A stretch of 64,000 bases of DNA from Octopus sinensis (lineage: Eukaryota), in contig NC_043005.1 of the NCBI RefSeq assembly GCF_006345805.1, forward strand, positions 54,684,001 to 54,748,000, read 5' to 3'. The notes beneath the pieces are model-generated. The model was given only the letters and a program-made list of their open reading frames with translations. It had not been told where the DNA came from and made no database searches. Position 1 is the first letter of the stretch. The number at the start of each line of letters is the position of its first letter. The translations under genes and the position numbers were made by a program. Positions 24,976 to 40,937 of this stretch are shown piece by piece.

Positions 24976-25206
24976 GTAGGTTTCAAAGAACCATGGAAGA
25001 ATGGATTTAGGAATACTAATATCTATTTAATATTACTAATACTTAGTAATACTTAATTAGGATTTAGGAATACTAATATCAGAAACTGAACACAAACAGC
25101 TAATAACAAAATATGTAAACTACAAGTAAAAAAAACATCAAAATCAAACCTAATCATAATTTTATCCACATACACAAATGCACATACATACATGCACACA
25201 CTCTTG

Positions 25207-25250
<44 letters not shown>

Positions 25251-27068
25251 CATGCATACTCATATAATTTGCAAAGACTTGTGGTAATCTATTTGTTATA
25301 AGATACTTCTGCCAAAGAAAACTTGAAATATAACGTATATTGGCCAGTTTAGGAGATAGGCAATGAAGTGGAATGCAAAAATCTATCATGCTTCTTGAAT
25401 TTCTGAAATAAATTAGCGAATGCTTCAAAACTGATAAATCACACACATACGCATACATGCACGTACATAAACAAGCACGCACACACATGTGCGCACACAT
25501 GCACACATGCATACACACACACACACACACACAAACACATATTTGTCTTTCTTATTATTTATTTATTTACAAGATCTTCATGTGATTCCTACATTTTCAT
25601 TATCAGCATTTAACATCCATTTTCCATTGCTGGCATGTGTTAGACAGTTTAACAGGACCTGGCAAGGTCAGAGGCTGCACCAAGTTCCATAATCTATTGC
25701 AGCTTGGTTTCTATGGCTGGATGCCCTTCCTAATGCCAACCACTTTATACAACGTACATAGCGCCTTTTATATGGTGACATCACCAGTGCTTTTTAGATG
25801 GCATCGCACCAGTACTTTTTATGTTGCATAAGCACCCACACCAATGCTTTTCATGTGGAACTTTGGTTTTAGAATCTCAATTCTGTTGTGGCAGGCAGGT
25901 CTTCTTGAGTACAGCAATGTGCCACATATCTCAGTACTCTGTCATCTCCTTTGTAATACTCAGCATTTTGAGATTGGCCTTCAATACTTCATCCCATGTC
26001 TTTTTGGATCTCCATCTTCGACAACTTCCCTCCACTGAAAAGTCCAACAGTACCAAAAAGTTTTCGAAATCCTGGGTTCTTCTTGTCTTTTTAATAACAT
26101 ACTATATTTATCTGTGTATGAGTTTCACCCTTAACAATTTTGCATTTAAACCAGCCATCTCCAGCTAAAATATTCTACCTGTTATATATATCCAAACCAG
26201 CCAGATCCAGTTTTCACACAACCCTACAATATCATTCTAAAAATAACAGCTACCCCTAAAATCTCAAAGCCACAAAATAATGCATGATTCATTTAAAACA
26301 ATATGAGTAAATAAGGTTTTCATCTGATTCCTAAGTTTTCATCATCATCAACAACATTTAACATCCATTTTCCATGCTGGCATGAGTTAGATAGTTTGAC
26401 AAGAACAAGAAAGGTCAGGTGCTGTACCAGGTTCCATAGTCTGTTTGGGCTTGGATTTCCCTCTTCCACAACTCTCCTCTTGTTTTGAACATTGGAAATT
26501 CTAACAGCATCAAAAATTTTTCAAAATTTTGTGTTCTTCCCTTTCTTTTAAGAACATATCGTATTTACCTGTGTATAAGTTTTACCCTTAACACTTTCAC
26601 ATTTTAACCAGCCATATACAACTAAAATATTCTGCCTATTTTATAGTCAAACTGACCAGATTTGGCCTCTCATGCCAATCCTGCAATATCCTCCTAAAAT
26701 AAACAGTTATCTCATCAAAATCTCAAACCTTCAAAATAATGCATGACTAATTCAAAACATTTATTTATACCCAGAATAATGTGAATGCTAAAGAGTTAAT
26801 TTAGTGTTAAATTTTGGTCCAAAATTTTACCCTTCATTGTTTTCAACTTTACCCCATGTATAAGTTGCGCTTCAGCTTTCTTCAATGAAAATCAATACAA
26901 AACAGTGTGACTTATGCACTGATAGATACAACCTGTGTTGTTTCATCATGAAAAAATTTCATTCCTAGCAATTTACAGAAGGTTTTAAGCATTAGAGGAA
27001 CTCTCCATTGCACTTGGGTGTTTTCAGGTGCAGCCATGGATGCATGGTTAACAAGCTCACTTTGCAAC

Positions 27069-27345
27069 CATTCTGCCTAAATAATGGATATCCTAATAAT
27101 GCCTAATAATGGATAAATAATGGAAATGCAACATCCTTGCTTATCTCACATCTATTTTCATTCCTCCACTTCACTCTCTATTTCATATCTTATCTAAATT
27201 AAATATTGCTTAACTAATTTCTCACACCATCTCCAATGAAGGGATATAATAAATAGCCTCGAAACAGCTGTAAGACCTTCTATTTATAAATGTTCTAAAA
27301 TCTTCACAGCCTTGAATTTTTATTTCATTCTGAAAAAAAATTTTT
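27069..27345 (+). mobile_element. Second copy of the 21.6-22.0 kb Penelope-type fragment; hammerhead-like motif at 27230-27275
   Basis: tct-CCAATGA-agggata...gcctc-GAAAC-AGCT-GTA-aga; flanks align with 21760-22010. Confidence 0.65.
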
Positions 27346-27521
27346 TTATATATAGGTGTAGGACTGGCTGTGTGATAAGTAGATTGCTTATGAACCACAT
27401 GGTTCTGGGTTCAGTCCCACTGTGTGGCACCTTGGGCATGTTTCTATTATAGCCTCAGGCCGACCAAAGCCTTGTGAGAGGATTTGGTAGACAGAAACTG
27501 AAAGAAGCCCGCAGTATATAA

Positions 27522-27571
<50 letters not shown>

Positions 27572-28075
27572 ATATATGTTTGTGTGTCTGTGTTTATCCC
27601 CCCAATATCACTTGACAACTGATGCTGGTGTGTTTACATACCCGTAACGTAGCGGTTTGGCAAAAGATACCGATAGAATAATAGGCTTACAGAGAATAAG
27701 TCCTGGGGTTGATTTGCTCTCAGCTAAAGGTGGTGCTCCAGCATGGCCACAGTCAAATGACTGAAGCAAGTAAAAGAGTAAAAGAGTATACACATGCTGA
27801 CCTACGTTGGACTCCTTATTCGCATAATAACTGAACCTGGAGCTTAACTATGGTCTGTCCATAGCACTTACTCAGCATTACCTGACACCTTTATTGATAC
27901 CATTACCTCTCATAACATCTATCCTTAAATGATGATATATAATCAGTATATCATGGCCATCAGGATCTGATCAGATGTGTGAAAAAGTAAGTGCTTCATG
28001 GATGCAAAGCCCTGGGTAACCCTATGAACTGGCCATAACTAACATTTTCTAAATATATAGAGATAAATAGATGGG

Positions 28076-28143
<68 letters not shown>

Positions 28144-29109
28144 TAGTTAGATGGATGGATGGATGGAGAGAGAGAGAGAGATGGATAGATAGATTGATAG
28201 ACACACACACACACATGTATGTGTACATATGTGGTGTTTTTATCTTTGTGTTTGTCCACCACCACTAGCACCACCACTAGCACCACCACTAGCACCACCA
28301 CTAGCACCACCCACTTGGCAACTGGGCTTGTTTTGGTTACATACTTGTAATTTAGCAGTGTAGCCAAAAAGCTCAATATAACAAGTACCAGACTTGAAAA
28401 AAATATGTACAGGGATCAATTTGCTCAGCAAAACCTATCAAAGTGGTACTCCAGCATGGCCACAGTCGAATGAGTGAGACAACTAAATGTTAAAAGGTAT
28501 TACAGAACTGTATTCTGATTTCTTAAAAGAAACTACGTACAGTCTGAAAAATGATTCATTATTTACCTGTTTTGAAACATTCAAGTATTTGTTTCTGCAA
28601 TTCAAACCAGCCACATTATAATTTTACATTCCTCATTAATCACATTGTTTAATTGGAGTTGTTAACATTAATGACTTGGTGAAAAATCATTCTTATATCA
28701 GATATATGTGATGTGTGTGTGTGTGCGTGTGTGTGTGTGTGCGCGTGTGCGCACTTGTGTGTGTATACTATGTCATTCTTGCACATACCTGCATAGGTAT
28801 CCATATACATACACAAACATGTGTGTGTGTGTGTGTGTGTATTCTTTTATTCGTTTATTCTTTTAATTCTTTCAGTCATTTGACTGCGGCCATACTGGAG
28901 CACCACCTTTAATCAAGCAAATCAACCCCAGGACTTATTCTTTGTAAGCCTAGTCCTTATTCTATCAGTCTCTTTTTGCCGAACCACTATGTTATGGGAA
29001 ACACAGATACACAAGCATATACACACACATACATACATATATACATGCATACATACATACATACATACATACATACATACATACATACATACATCATTCA
29101 TACATGCAT

Positions 29110-29140
<31 letters not shown>

Positions 29141-29254
29141 ACAGGCTTCTTTCAGCTTCCATCTACCAAATCCACTCCCAAGGCTTATGTATATAATGTA
29201 TATAAGTATATAAGTATGTTTATATATGTGTGTGTGTATGTATATGTGTGTGTG

Positions 29255-29348
<94 letters not shown>

Positions 29349-29349
<1 letters not shown>

Positions 29350-29760
29350 ACAACCAAGCAGTTTCCCATTCTGTGGTGGTAGGCCTTCCATCTGGGATTC
29401 CACATGCTGTGATACCTTCTCCAGTGGGAACTTGGTGTGTTCAGCTACTAGCCCATCCTCCACTGCTCGAAAGGCTGAGTAAAGCAAACTGTGAAGGTAT
29501 CAGTCACTCTCTGACAGGTTTATGGTTGAACCTTTGGCAATGAAGACCTTTGGCATTCTTGGGCCCTGGACCATATCCCTGCTCACCACTATTACAGCAG
29601 AGATGGCTGTTCACAAGTGCAAAACTCACAAGTCAGAATGGCTGTTCCAACACATCTCCCTTGCTATCCTTCAGGGCAACACCTTTTACATTTTGTCTGC
29701 TGGGACCATGAGGTGATCTGACTTACAGAAAATTGTACTTTCCACTCCTTAGTGTACTAT
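29349..29760 (+). pseudogene. CRE-like LINE 3' fragment (restriction-like endonuclease)
   Basis: [19 protein letters not shown]...ARKAE*SKL*RYQSL...VEPLAMKTFGILGP...WLFQHISLAILQGN resembles the WDxTCxDT / PxAxETxG / QRISxAIQRGN pattern. Starts directly after (TG)n. Confidence 0.8.
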
Positions 29761-30355
29761 CTCCAACTAACTAGCCAACTTTCTTTTTCTGAGTGGCTGT
29801 ATGGTAAGTAGGTTGTTTACCAACCACATGGTTTCGGGTTCAGTCCCACTGCATGGCACCTTGAACAAGTGTCTTCTACTATAGCCTCAGGTCAACCAAA
29901 GCCTTGTGAGTGGATTTGGTAGACAGAAACTGAAAGAAGTCCGTCATATATATGTATATATATATATATATGTGTGTGTGTGTATATGTTTGTGCATCTG
30001 TGTTTGTCCCACCCCACCAACATCGCTTAACAACCGATGCTGGTGTGTTTACATCGTTGTAACTTAGCAGATTCGGCAAAAGAGACCGATAGAATAAGTA
30101 CTAGGCTTACAAAGAATAAGTCCTGGGGTCGATTTGCTTGACTAAAAGGTGGTGCTCCAGCATGACCACAGTCAAATGACTGAAACAAGTAAAAGAGTAA
30201 CTGCTAATTCACCAGTCTGAATCTGTGGTTGTTGTTGTTGTTGTTGCTATCATCCGTGGAGGCGTTGGTGGGAGCAGGGAAATGTAAAACAGCTGGTGAA
30301 AGATTTTTATTTGTTTCGGTCACTTGACGTCCTCATAGTGCTGGGATAATACCCC

Positions 30356-30683
30356 TTAACCGTTTTTGATAGCAACCTGCTTGAAACTGCCAATGGTTCT
30401 ATGACACAAACCTTTTAACTGACCAAATCTGGCCCAAATATTTTACTTGTTTTTCAGTCAAACTAGCCAGACCTGGCCTCTCACATCTACCCTACAATGT
30501 AATTCTAAAAATAAACAATCACATCAGCAAAATCTCAAAGCTACAAAATAATGCATGATAAACTCAAAGCTACAAGATAATGCATGATAATGCATGATAA
30601 AGCTACAAGATAATGCATGATAAAACAATGTGAATGAATAAACATTACATTTGATTGAGTGATCTGAATTCTAAAGGGTTTAA
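30356..30683. mobile_element. piggyBac-like TTAA MITE(s) with internal short tandem repeat
   Basis: Matches the 6556-6995 and 26588-26799 body; ends CTAAAGGGTTTAA; GCTACAAGATAATGCATGATAA is repeated at ~30540-30625. Confidence 0.7.
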
Positions 30684-32000
30684 GTGATTGAAATTGTAAT
30701 CTTCCTTTAAAATGTTATGCTAATTTGTTCTATATGAAAGTTATTTTGCTAAATGCTTTGTTATTTTAGAAATTCTTCAAAACAGAGTTCAGAAATTATT
30801 TTAGGGATTTAATAGTTATTGCAATAATTTCTAAGATATAAACAGACATCATTTAAACAAGGAGAGAAGCTTATATGTACATATAATCTTATATGTACAT
30901 TTAAGTATTTTATGTACTGTGTGGCACCTTGGGCAAGTATCTTCTATTATAGCCTTGGGCCGACCAAAGCCTTGTGAGTGGGTCTGGTAGACAGAAACTG
31001 AAAGAAGCCAATTGTATATGTGTGTGTATGTGTGTGTGTGTGTGTATGTGTGTGTGTGTGTGTGTGTATGTGTGTATGTGTGTGTGCATGTGTGTGTGTG
31101 TGTGCGCGTGTGTGTGTGCGCGCGTGTGTGTGTGTGTGTTTGTCCCCACCACCATTGTTTGACAACTGACGTTGGTGTGTTTACGTCCCTCTCACTTAGC
31201 GGTTCGGCAAAAGAGACTAATAGAATAAGTACTAGGCTCACAAAGAATAAGTCCAGGGGTCGATTTGTTCAACTAAAGGTGGTGCTCTGGCATGGCTGCA
31301 GTTACATGACTGAAACAAGTAAAAGAGTAAAAAAATATACGCAGTGGAATTGAACCTGAAACCATGCGAGGCAAAGATAAATGCAGATTAAACCACAGCT
31401 ATTCTGCTTCATTAAACCAGCACCTTACAGTGTTTATGCTACGATTCTTCTTGTCTTTCTTTGCAATGTATAAAAGAGGTCCTCATTAGTAAGTCAAAGA
31501 AAAGAAGGCGAGAGAACCTGTTTCAGCATGCTCTGAGGTGTGAATTAAAAGAAAAAAAAAGAGGGGCGGTGAGACAAAGTAGAAGAACAGAGAAGAGAGA
31601 AATCAGAAAATGAAAGGATGAAATTGGAAGTTTGGAAATGAGACTACTTATAAAACAAAATCATCACAATAAAAGAGTTGGAGAAGTGACTGAGCCCAGA
31701 GGAATGAGAGAATTGATAAGAAATACAATAGCTTGTAAGGTGCCTGCTGATGAAGTATATATATATCACTATCATATATCAGAATTTATCAATTTTATCA
31801 TGAGGAATGCTGAATATGTTATTGGGGTTCTGTACCAGTAGGTCTTTATTTTTTTTTTTTATCCAAAAATCTCCATCATACGTGAATCTGGAATTGATCT
31901 TTATTCTTTGAACACAGACATATTCCAAAAGCCATTAGCCAATATATAAGTGTAATTGTTTGTGTGTGTGTGCATGTGTGCGCGCACACATATACATATA

Positions 32001-32115
<115 letters not shown>

Positions 32116-32159
32116 AACATATGTATATATATAAATATATATATACAGATATATATATA

Positions 32160-32195
<36 letters not shown>

Positions 32196-32287
32196 TGCAT
32201 GCATATAGATAGATAGATAGATAGATTCATACATACATACATACATATATACATACACACATATATGATAATTATGTATATGTATAC

Positions 32288-32356
<69 letters not shown>

Positions 32357-33126
32357 TCAAGTTAGTCTCTTACTACTATGGGTTTCACTTCTAGGAGCAC
32401 AGGTTCTACAGGCAAGTTATGATTCATGAAAATTATAGAATTTACACACATGCACACACACACTCACACACAGACAAATCATCATCATCATCATCATCAT
32501 TTAACGTCCGCTTTCCATGCTAGCATGGGTTGGACGGTTCAACTGGGGTCTGGGGAGCCCGAAAGCTGCACCAGTCCAGTCAGATCTGGCAGTGTTTCTA
32601 CAGCTGGATGCCCTTCCTAACGCCAACCACTCCGAGAGTGTAGTGGGTGATTTTATGTCCCACCGACACAGGTGCCAGACGAGGCTGGCAAACGGCCACG
32701 CTCGGATGGTGTTTTTTATGTGCCACCGACACAGGTATATATATATATGTGATTACTGTCAGTGGTTGGGATTTACTCATTCCTCATCCAATCATTTATT
32801 CACTCATTCAGAATGAACATGTGTAGAAATGACTGACCATATAAATAAATGATAAAAATAATAGAGTGAATAACATTATTAAACTTAACTATGATATTGA
32901 ATACTCTTTCTTCTGACAGTCATCTCTAAACAGGTGTGTATGTGTGTGTGTGTGTGTGTGTGTGCGCACGCACTGGTAGATGGGTTTGAATATGAGTTAT
33001 CTCGCCTGTCCATGACTCTAAAATGTTTTTAGATGTAGCAATTTGAGAGAATATTGTTGGCCACAGCAATACCAACTCACCAGCAAATGCATGAAGTATA
33101 TGCAGTTGATAATGTATATGTGTATG

Positions 33127-33567
<441 letters not shown>

Positions 33568-33580
33568 TATATATATATAT

Positions 33581-33818
33581 TATATTGAGGGTACTACTAT
33601 TCGTAGATACCACACGCTAAAGATGGACCAATGCGGTCAAAACTACTAAATAAACAAAATTGGTCCCTCTTTAGCATGTGGTATCTACGAATAGTAGTAC
33701 CCTCAATATAATATAAATAAATATTCTCAAAGTGGAAAAATTTACGGATTTTTTCTCTTACGAGGTTTTCACGCTAACTACTGATAATTTCTTTTAAAGA
33801 TTTTATCCTCAATTGTTA

Positions 33819-33822
<4 letters not shown>
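33581..33822. mobile_element. Second fold-back insert in (TA)n
   Basis: ~52-bp inverted arms TATATTGAGGGTACTACTATTCGTAGATACCACACGCTAAAGATGGACCAAT (33581-33632) and ~33659-33710 with 2 mismatches, followed by an AT-rich tail. Confidence 0.75.
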
Positions 33823-33869
<47 letters not shown>

Positions 33870-33902
33870 GTCTACCCTTACTTGGATCTTTCCTTTTCCT
33901 AT

Positions 33903-33937
33903 GTTTCTGACAAAGAGCTTCACTCAAAACATTAAAT
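33903..33937 (+). ncRNA. CpG-decayed minimal hammerhead motif inside a ~175-bp insert (33866-34040) in (TA)n
   Basis: gttt-CTGACAA-a-gag-cttca-ctc-AAAACATT-aaat. Three CG->CA reversions restore CTGACGA...GAAACGTT. Confidence 0.55.
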
Positions 33938-35049
33938 CCTCCTTCTTTCTTTCCTTTCATGAGCATCCAATAACACTATACTTGTTCCATGTCCTCGTGT
34001 TGTTGTGTTTTCTCTTTGTGCTTTCATGTTTGGATTAACTATATATATATATATCGATATCATCATTGTTATTTAATGTTTGTCTTCTATGCTGGAATGA
34101 GTTGGATGGTTTTGAGAGTGTCTGATAAGCCAGTAGACTGTCAAGATCCAATGGCTTGTTTGACATGATTTCCACATTTGGATGCCCTTCCTTACACTAA
34201 CCACTTTACAGAATGTTTTGGATGCTTTTTCCACAGCACTAGTGTTGGTGAGATCAACAAGTAACTCACAAACATACGTACATATATATATCTAAATATA
34301 GACAGACAGATAGATAGACTAACAGTTAAGATTTAAGTACATTCACAAGTGAACCACAAGATGCAAAGAAGTAAAGATAATCATGTACAGATATCATTCA
34401 CCTACAATGACCATTATACCAAATTGACCCATCACCTCCTGTTACTAACTTAACACAAATAAATATAACATTGTATCATGCCATTGTTTACATTCGTTCA
34501 TATCTCACAAACTTCATGGAAATTTTTAGTAGCTTTTCTAGCTCTTAGTGGGAAGGTTGTCACATTGCTGCCATTGCTTCTTAGTCTCAGAACTGGTGCT
34601 TCCTTCCTGAGTGAAAAGATCCAGGGATCTCAATGTATTACAATATAAATTGTTAAGGTTTATATACATTCACAAGCACAACATCAGACTAGAAAAGTGA
34701 ACAGATTGGCCTATAAGAATCGAACCACATATCTTTTGAATGCTATTCGACCACTGTTTATATATGTATGTGATATATGTGTGTGTGTGCATACTCACAT
34801 TTACACACATATATATATATATATATAAACATATATATGTATACACACACATATATATATTATATATATTTATATGTCAATAATATATATGTTTACCTAT
34901 ATAAAGGTGTGTGTGTGCATGTATTTGGTGTGGATATACGTGCATGTGTGTATATGAATAAACCTACTCACAGACACATGCAGACACATAGATACACACA
35001 TACATGGACACATATGTATGTACACTTATATATGTATATACATATATAC

Positions 35050-35154
<105 letters not shown>

Positions 35155-35234
35155 TTTATATACTTGTATGTATGTATATTTATATATATATATATACACA
35201 TATATATACATATATATATATATATATGTATATG

Positions 35235-35279
<45 letters not shown>

Positions 35280-35313
35280 TCATATATACATATATATAGA
35301 GATGCATAAATCC

Positions 35314-35358
<45 letters not shown>

Positions 35359-35410
35359 TATACATACATAACATAACATACATATATATATATACATATA
35401 TACATATATA

Positions 35411-35474
<64 letters not shown>

Positions 35475-36114
35475 ATTTATTATCAAACCATTTGTAAAAA
35501 CCTATCTTTTAACTGCCTATATGAGTCAATAACAAAACAATCATCATATTTGTTCCTCCTAATGAGCTTCTGATTGCTTTTATTACAATAATACTTTGAT
35601 CTGCATTTTTAATTATAATTTAATAATTTTCGACCATGATTTGTTTCTACGTATTTGTTTGTGTGGTCCGTCATAATTGTTCTTAGTTTTTTTGTTGTTG
35701 GTTATCGGTGTGGAAAATTTGTCATAACATTTTTGTAATTCTCTTGGTTTTTATGTGATAGAGAATCTCCGTGGAACTATACATTTTTCGGGGGGGGGAT
35801 TTTTGTTTTGTTTTTGGTTGTTGTCGATTTCTTTTTGTTTTTTTTTTTGTGCCTCCCCACCGAGAACTATGAAAAAGTGCTTAATCGGTTTGTTTTAGCT
35901 AAACATTACCAAATTGCTGTTTGTCTATGAGGTTAGGTTTTGATGTCTAGTGTTTAATAAAGGTGTTTGTAAAACGTCTTTTGTAAGAGAGCAATAGAGA
36001 GAAAAGCTGCAGTGTCCTTTTTTTTTTTTTGCTATGTTTTCTTATTTTGTGTTATTTTTTTCAAGGCTTCTTTTCTTTTTCTTTTTTCCTTTTTTTTCTC
36101 CCGCCATACAACAG

Positions 36115-36278
36115 ATCAGGGTATAGTACAAGGAGGACATAAAGAAAGAATTTATAATAGCGATAATAATAATGATGATGATGATGATGATGATGACGAC
36201 GACATTGATGTCAATGATAATCATGATCATGATCTTGGTCATGATCATAACAATGAAAATATGAATATGAATAAGAAC

Positions 36279-36339
<61 letters not shown>

Positions 36340-36344
36340 GATAA
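36115..36344 (+). CDS. Candidate terminal exon
   Basis: Very strong polypyrimidine tract ending CATACAACAG. Phase 0 gives IRV*, phase 2 xSGYSTRRT*, phase 1 xQGIVQGGHKERIYNSD running into a GAT/AAT repeat. Confidence 0.35.
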
Positions 36345-36368
36345 TAATAATAATAAATAAAAATAATA

Positions 36369-36429
<61 letters not shown>

Positions 36430-39224
36430 TTAATAATGATAATAATCAGCATCATTATCATCATCATCATCACCACTATCATCATCATCTTCATCATTAT
36501 TATTATCATCATGTATCGTGATTATGATGACGGTAGATAAATAAATATATAAATACATAAACGGTGACCAACACCAACCAACGACACCAACAACTAATAC
36601 AAAAAGCAAAATATACATAAATATATATATATATATATATTATACTGATAGGTGAAGAGAGCCATTTAAAAACATCAGTGACAATACAGCAATGTTACTT
36701 GAATAATAGTGTGGTGATGTGGAGGGCCGGAATAATAGGAACCATTCAGTTTTTGATGTATTCTCTGAAGATGACATTGTAAAAGTAAACCAAACTTCTC
36801 TTACATTAAAAAGAGAAGGGATAAAGAAATTCTTTAGTTTAGCTTTGTTATTTCTTTCTGTTTGTTTTTTGGGTTGTTTTTTTTTGGGTTTTCGGGTTTT
36901 TTTTTGGGGTTTTGGGTTTTTTTGGGGGGGTTTTGCTTTTTTGTTACCCTTCCCCTTCTCTCAAACTAGATGGCGGTAAGCTATAAATGCAAACCCTTGA
37001 GGGCTGTAATTTATTCATACCCCTCTTGTTGATTTGACTACTTACTTCATTATGTATGGGGGGATGGTGGGGGGGGCGTTTACTTTTTATTTTATCCAAA
37101 TGTGGCACTAATTCCAGCCACATCAGAAGAACGATTGACTACACCTTATTTCCGCACACAGACTGACACACATGCATGCATGCATGCATAAGTGTGTGTG
37201 TGTGTGTGCATGCGTGTGTGTATGTGCACATATTTTTAGGTGCACATGTGTGTATGTGTGCAGGTGTGTGTGCACATGTGTGTGTGCATACGTATGTGTG
37301 TATGTGTGTGTATTTTTGTATGTGTGTGTGTATAAAACTATGTGCATTTTTGTGTATATATAAATATATACAAATATGTGTGTATTTTTGTGTGTGTGTG
37401 TGTGTGCGCATGCGTGTGTGTATAATTATGTATGTAAGTATGTATATATAGGTATATGCTGTAAATATTATTTAAATGAATAAAAGATGAGTGCACAATA
37501 TCTAACTTGTAAGATTATATGAGACAGACACTTTAGCAGTGCCAACCTTTTAACAAAATCTACAAAATAACATATAAGTGATATAAGCTTGTGTGTATGT
37601 GTGCATCCATGGATATACATGTGTATATACATATGTATGTATATATATATATATATATATAATATATATATTATATATATATATATATATATTATAATAT
37701 ATATATATACATATATATGCATGTTGTATGTATGCACAAATATAAGACACTTATGTTTTGTTTATTCCACTGCTTAAATGATAAACTACCAGGGCTGACA
37801 CTTACTCTCAAGAGGTAAGAAGACTTGAAGAGGAAAATAGATTTCTTCAGTACCATAATTCTAAAATTCTAAATGCTACAAATGTCAAAATACTGGCCCT
37901 GGTGTTTTTTTTCCAGTCTCAAATTCTTACTTACAGTGTCTCATACGATTTACCTTAAAATCACAGTGGTTAATTTATGTTGCAAACGTGAATCTGTTGA
38001 TACAGTTTATGGTGTCGAGAATCGGTGATTCTTAACCTGGGCAGTAGTACTTCCTTGGAGGTGTTGTAAGCTTACAAGGGGACTGCAAATATCAAAGGAA
38101 TATTTTATATGCTATATTTTTCTTAGTTATAAAATAATTAAAGATAGTACAAACTTATATTTGAAAACACATTTTCTAAAACATTTCCTCTTTTTGGATT
38201 AAAATTGTTTATTAGTGAACAGAAATGTGACTATAACAATCTAAAACAAACTATAATTTTCTGTATATAAGTCCTTAAAGTATATAAGCCCTTAAAGGTG
38301 ACAAGCTGGCAGAAATGTTAGCACACCTTTGCAGTATTTTGTTTGTCTTTATGTTCTAAGTTCAAATTCTGACGAGGTTGACTTTGCCTTTTATCCTTTG
38401 GGGGTTGATAAATTGAGTACCAGCTGCATATTGGGGTCTAACTAATCAACTGCTCCCTCTCCCAGATTTTTGGGCCTTCTGCCTAGTGTAGAAAAGAGTA
38501 TATAAATCTTTACTTTCTTATGTAATTTCTAATTTTAACAATTTTCTAACATAGCAGCTACTAATCTATGCAAATATTTTGGCTTAATTTGATTGGTTCA
38601 TAATTCAAGTTAATTTTGTGTAATTATTATTCTTTTATTCTTTTACATCATCATCATCATCATCATCATCATCATTTAACGTGCGCTTTCCATGCTAGCA
38701 TGTGTTGGAAGATTTGACTGAGGACTGGCAAACCAGATGACTGCACTAGGCACCAATCTGATCTGGCAGAGTTTCTACAGCTGGATGCCCTTCCTAATAC
38801 CAAACGCTCTGAGAGTATAGTGGGTGCTTTTATGTGCCACTGGCATGTGGTTTTGATTATTTAGAAATTATTCTTTGTAAGCCTAGTGCTTATTCTATCA
38901 GGTGCTTTTGCTGAACTGCTAGGTTATGGGGTCATAAGCAACACCAACACTGGTTGTCAAGTGGTGATAGGGGGGGGGACAAACAGAGGCACAAATTCGC
39001 ATACACATAAATATATACATATACAACGGGTTTCTTTCAGTTTCCATCTACCAAATCCACTCTCAAGGCTTTGTTTGGTCTGAGGCTACAGTAGAAGACA
39101 CTTACCCTAGGTGTCATGCAGTGGGACTGAACCCAGAACCACATGGTTGGGAAGGAAGCTTCTTACCACACAGCCACACCTATTTTATAAGTGTTTTATT
39201 TTCAAAATTTTATTATTATCATCG

Positions 39225-39270
<46 letters not shown>

Positions 39271-40791
39271 TATCATCATCAATCATTATCATCATTATCA
39301 TTAAGCATAGGTGCTTTTCTATGTGGCACCTGCATGGGTTCTTTTTAAATGGCACTAAATTGAATACATTTTATGTGATACCGAAATAGGTTGATTTGTT
39401 TGGTTAAAATTCTTCAAAGCGGTGCCCAAGCATGATCACAATCTAGTTACAAATAAAAGATAAAAGATAGCAAAAAGAAATTCCTCTCTCCATATCTGAC
39501 CAATATATGGATGTGGTATAACTAAAACAAAGGAAGAAGAACCAATTAGGGAATCTCTTTGTGGTCATGTAATCTATATGAAATAGGAGCTAAATCTTCC
39601 TTATTACATAACATCTTGTCAGCCTTAGAAGGGGCAAAGCACATTAGATAATGCAACAATAGAAGCAGTTAAACAGATTAAAATTGCCAGAAGGTCAAGC
39701 CTAGGATGCCTTTGACCATAAGGATGCTTGTTCAAGAGTGACCAAAGGCTAAATAACAACAGCAACAACCAAAATACAGCTGCATGATCTGAGAGAAATT
39801 AACATAGGTGTAGGAGTGGCTGTGTGGTAAGTAGCTTGCTTACCAACCACATGGTTCCAGGTTCAGTCCCACTGCATGGCACCTTGGGCAAGTGTCTTCT
39901 ACTACAGCTTCAGGCCTACCAAAGCCTTGTGAGTAGATTTGGATGACGGAAACTAAAAGAAGCCTGTCGTATTTATGTATATGTATATATATGTGTGTGT
40001 TTGTGTGTCTGTGTTTGACCCCCCCCCCCAACATCGCTTGACAACCGATGCAGGTGTGTTTACATCCTCGTAACTTAACGGTTCGGCAAAAGAGATCAAT
40101 AGAATAAGTACTAAGCTTACAAAGAATAAGTCCTGGGTCGATTTGCGTGACTAAAGGGTGGTGCTCCAGCATGTCCGCAGTCAAATGACTGAAACAAGTA
40201 AAAGAGTAAAAGAGTATATGTAATTGTGACACTGATAGTATTTATGCCATATTTTGTAATTCAACAAAAATTACTTCATTTTTATATTGCCTACAGCTCA
40301 CTCAGTGTATGCCATATAGTAAAATAGTGGACCATCAACTTAATATCACAAAATAACATACTAAAAGAACAAAAATTTGAATGTCAAAATTAAGCAATTA
40401 AATGTATATATATTTTTTTGTTTTGTTTTGTTTTATTCTTTTAAATTTTAAATTTTATTCTTTTAAATTTTAAATAAAACTTTACAATTCCATGCTTCAG
40501 TAGTTTCTGAAATAACAAAGCCAATTATACAAATATGTTATTAAACATACAAAAAATTAATAAGAACAGAGGCACCAGACATTTTGTTGATTGGATACAT
40601 TGGAGAGGAATAAAGGATAGCATGAATACACAATTACCATACTGACTGACATTCAATGCTTCTCTAATGGGTTATAAAACAGTTACAGTTAGTGGAACAT
40701 TCTGTTTAAGTGGTAAGGTTGAGTGTATTTTAACTAGCATTTAATTTTCAGCCCTAGACATTACACTGAAAAAAAGAGATTGACTGCATTA

Positions 40792-40887
40792 CCTACTTGA
40801 AAACAAGATGTGGACTCAATGAGCACAGTCTTAAAAAAAAAATGCACGCATTCAATAATATGAGGCTAGATTCATTCATTCGTTTGT

Positions 40888-40937
<50 letters not shown>

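Noticed and set aside
28258-28312. 12-bp tandem repeat ACCACCACTAGC giving a GGAS-repeat ORF
   Set aside because: Slippage expansion inside a family A SINE.
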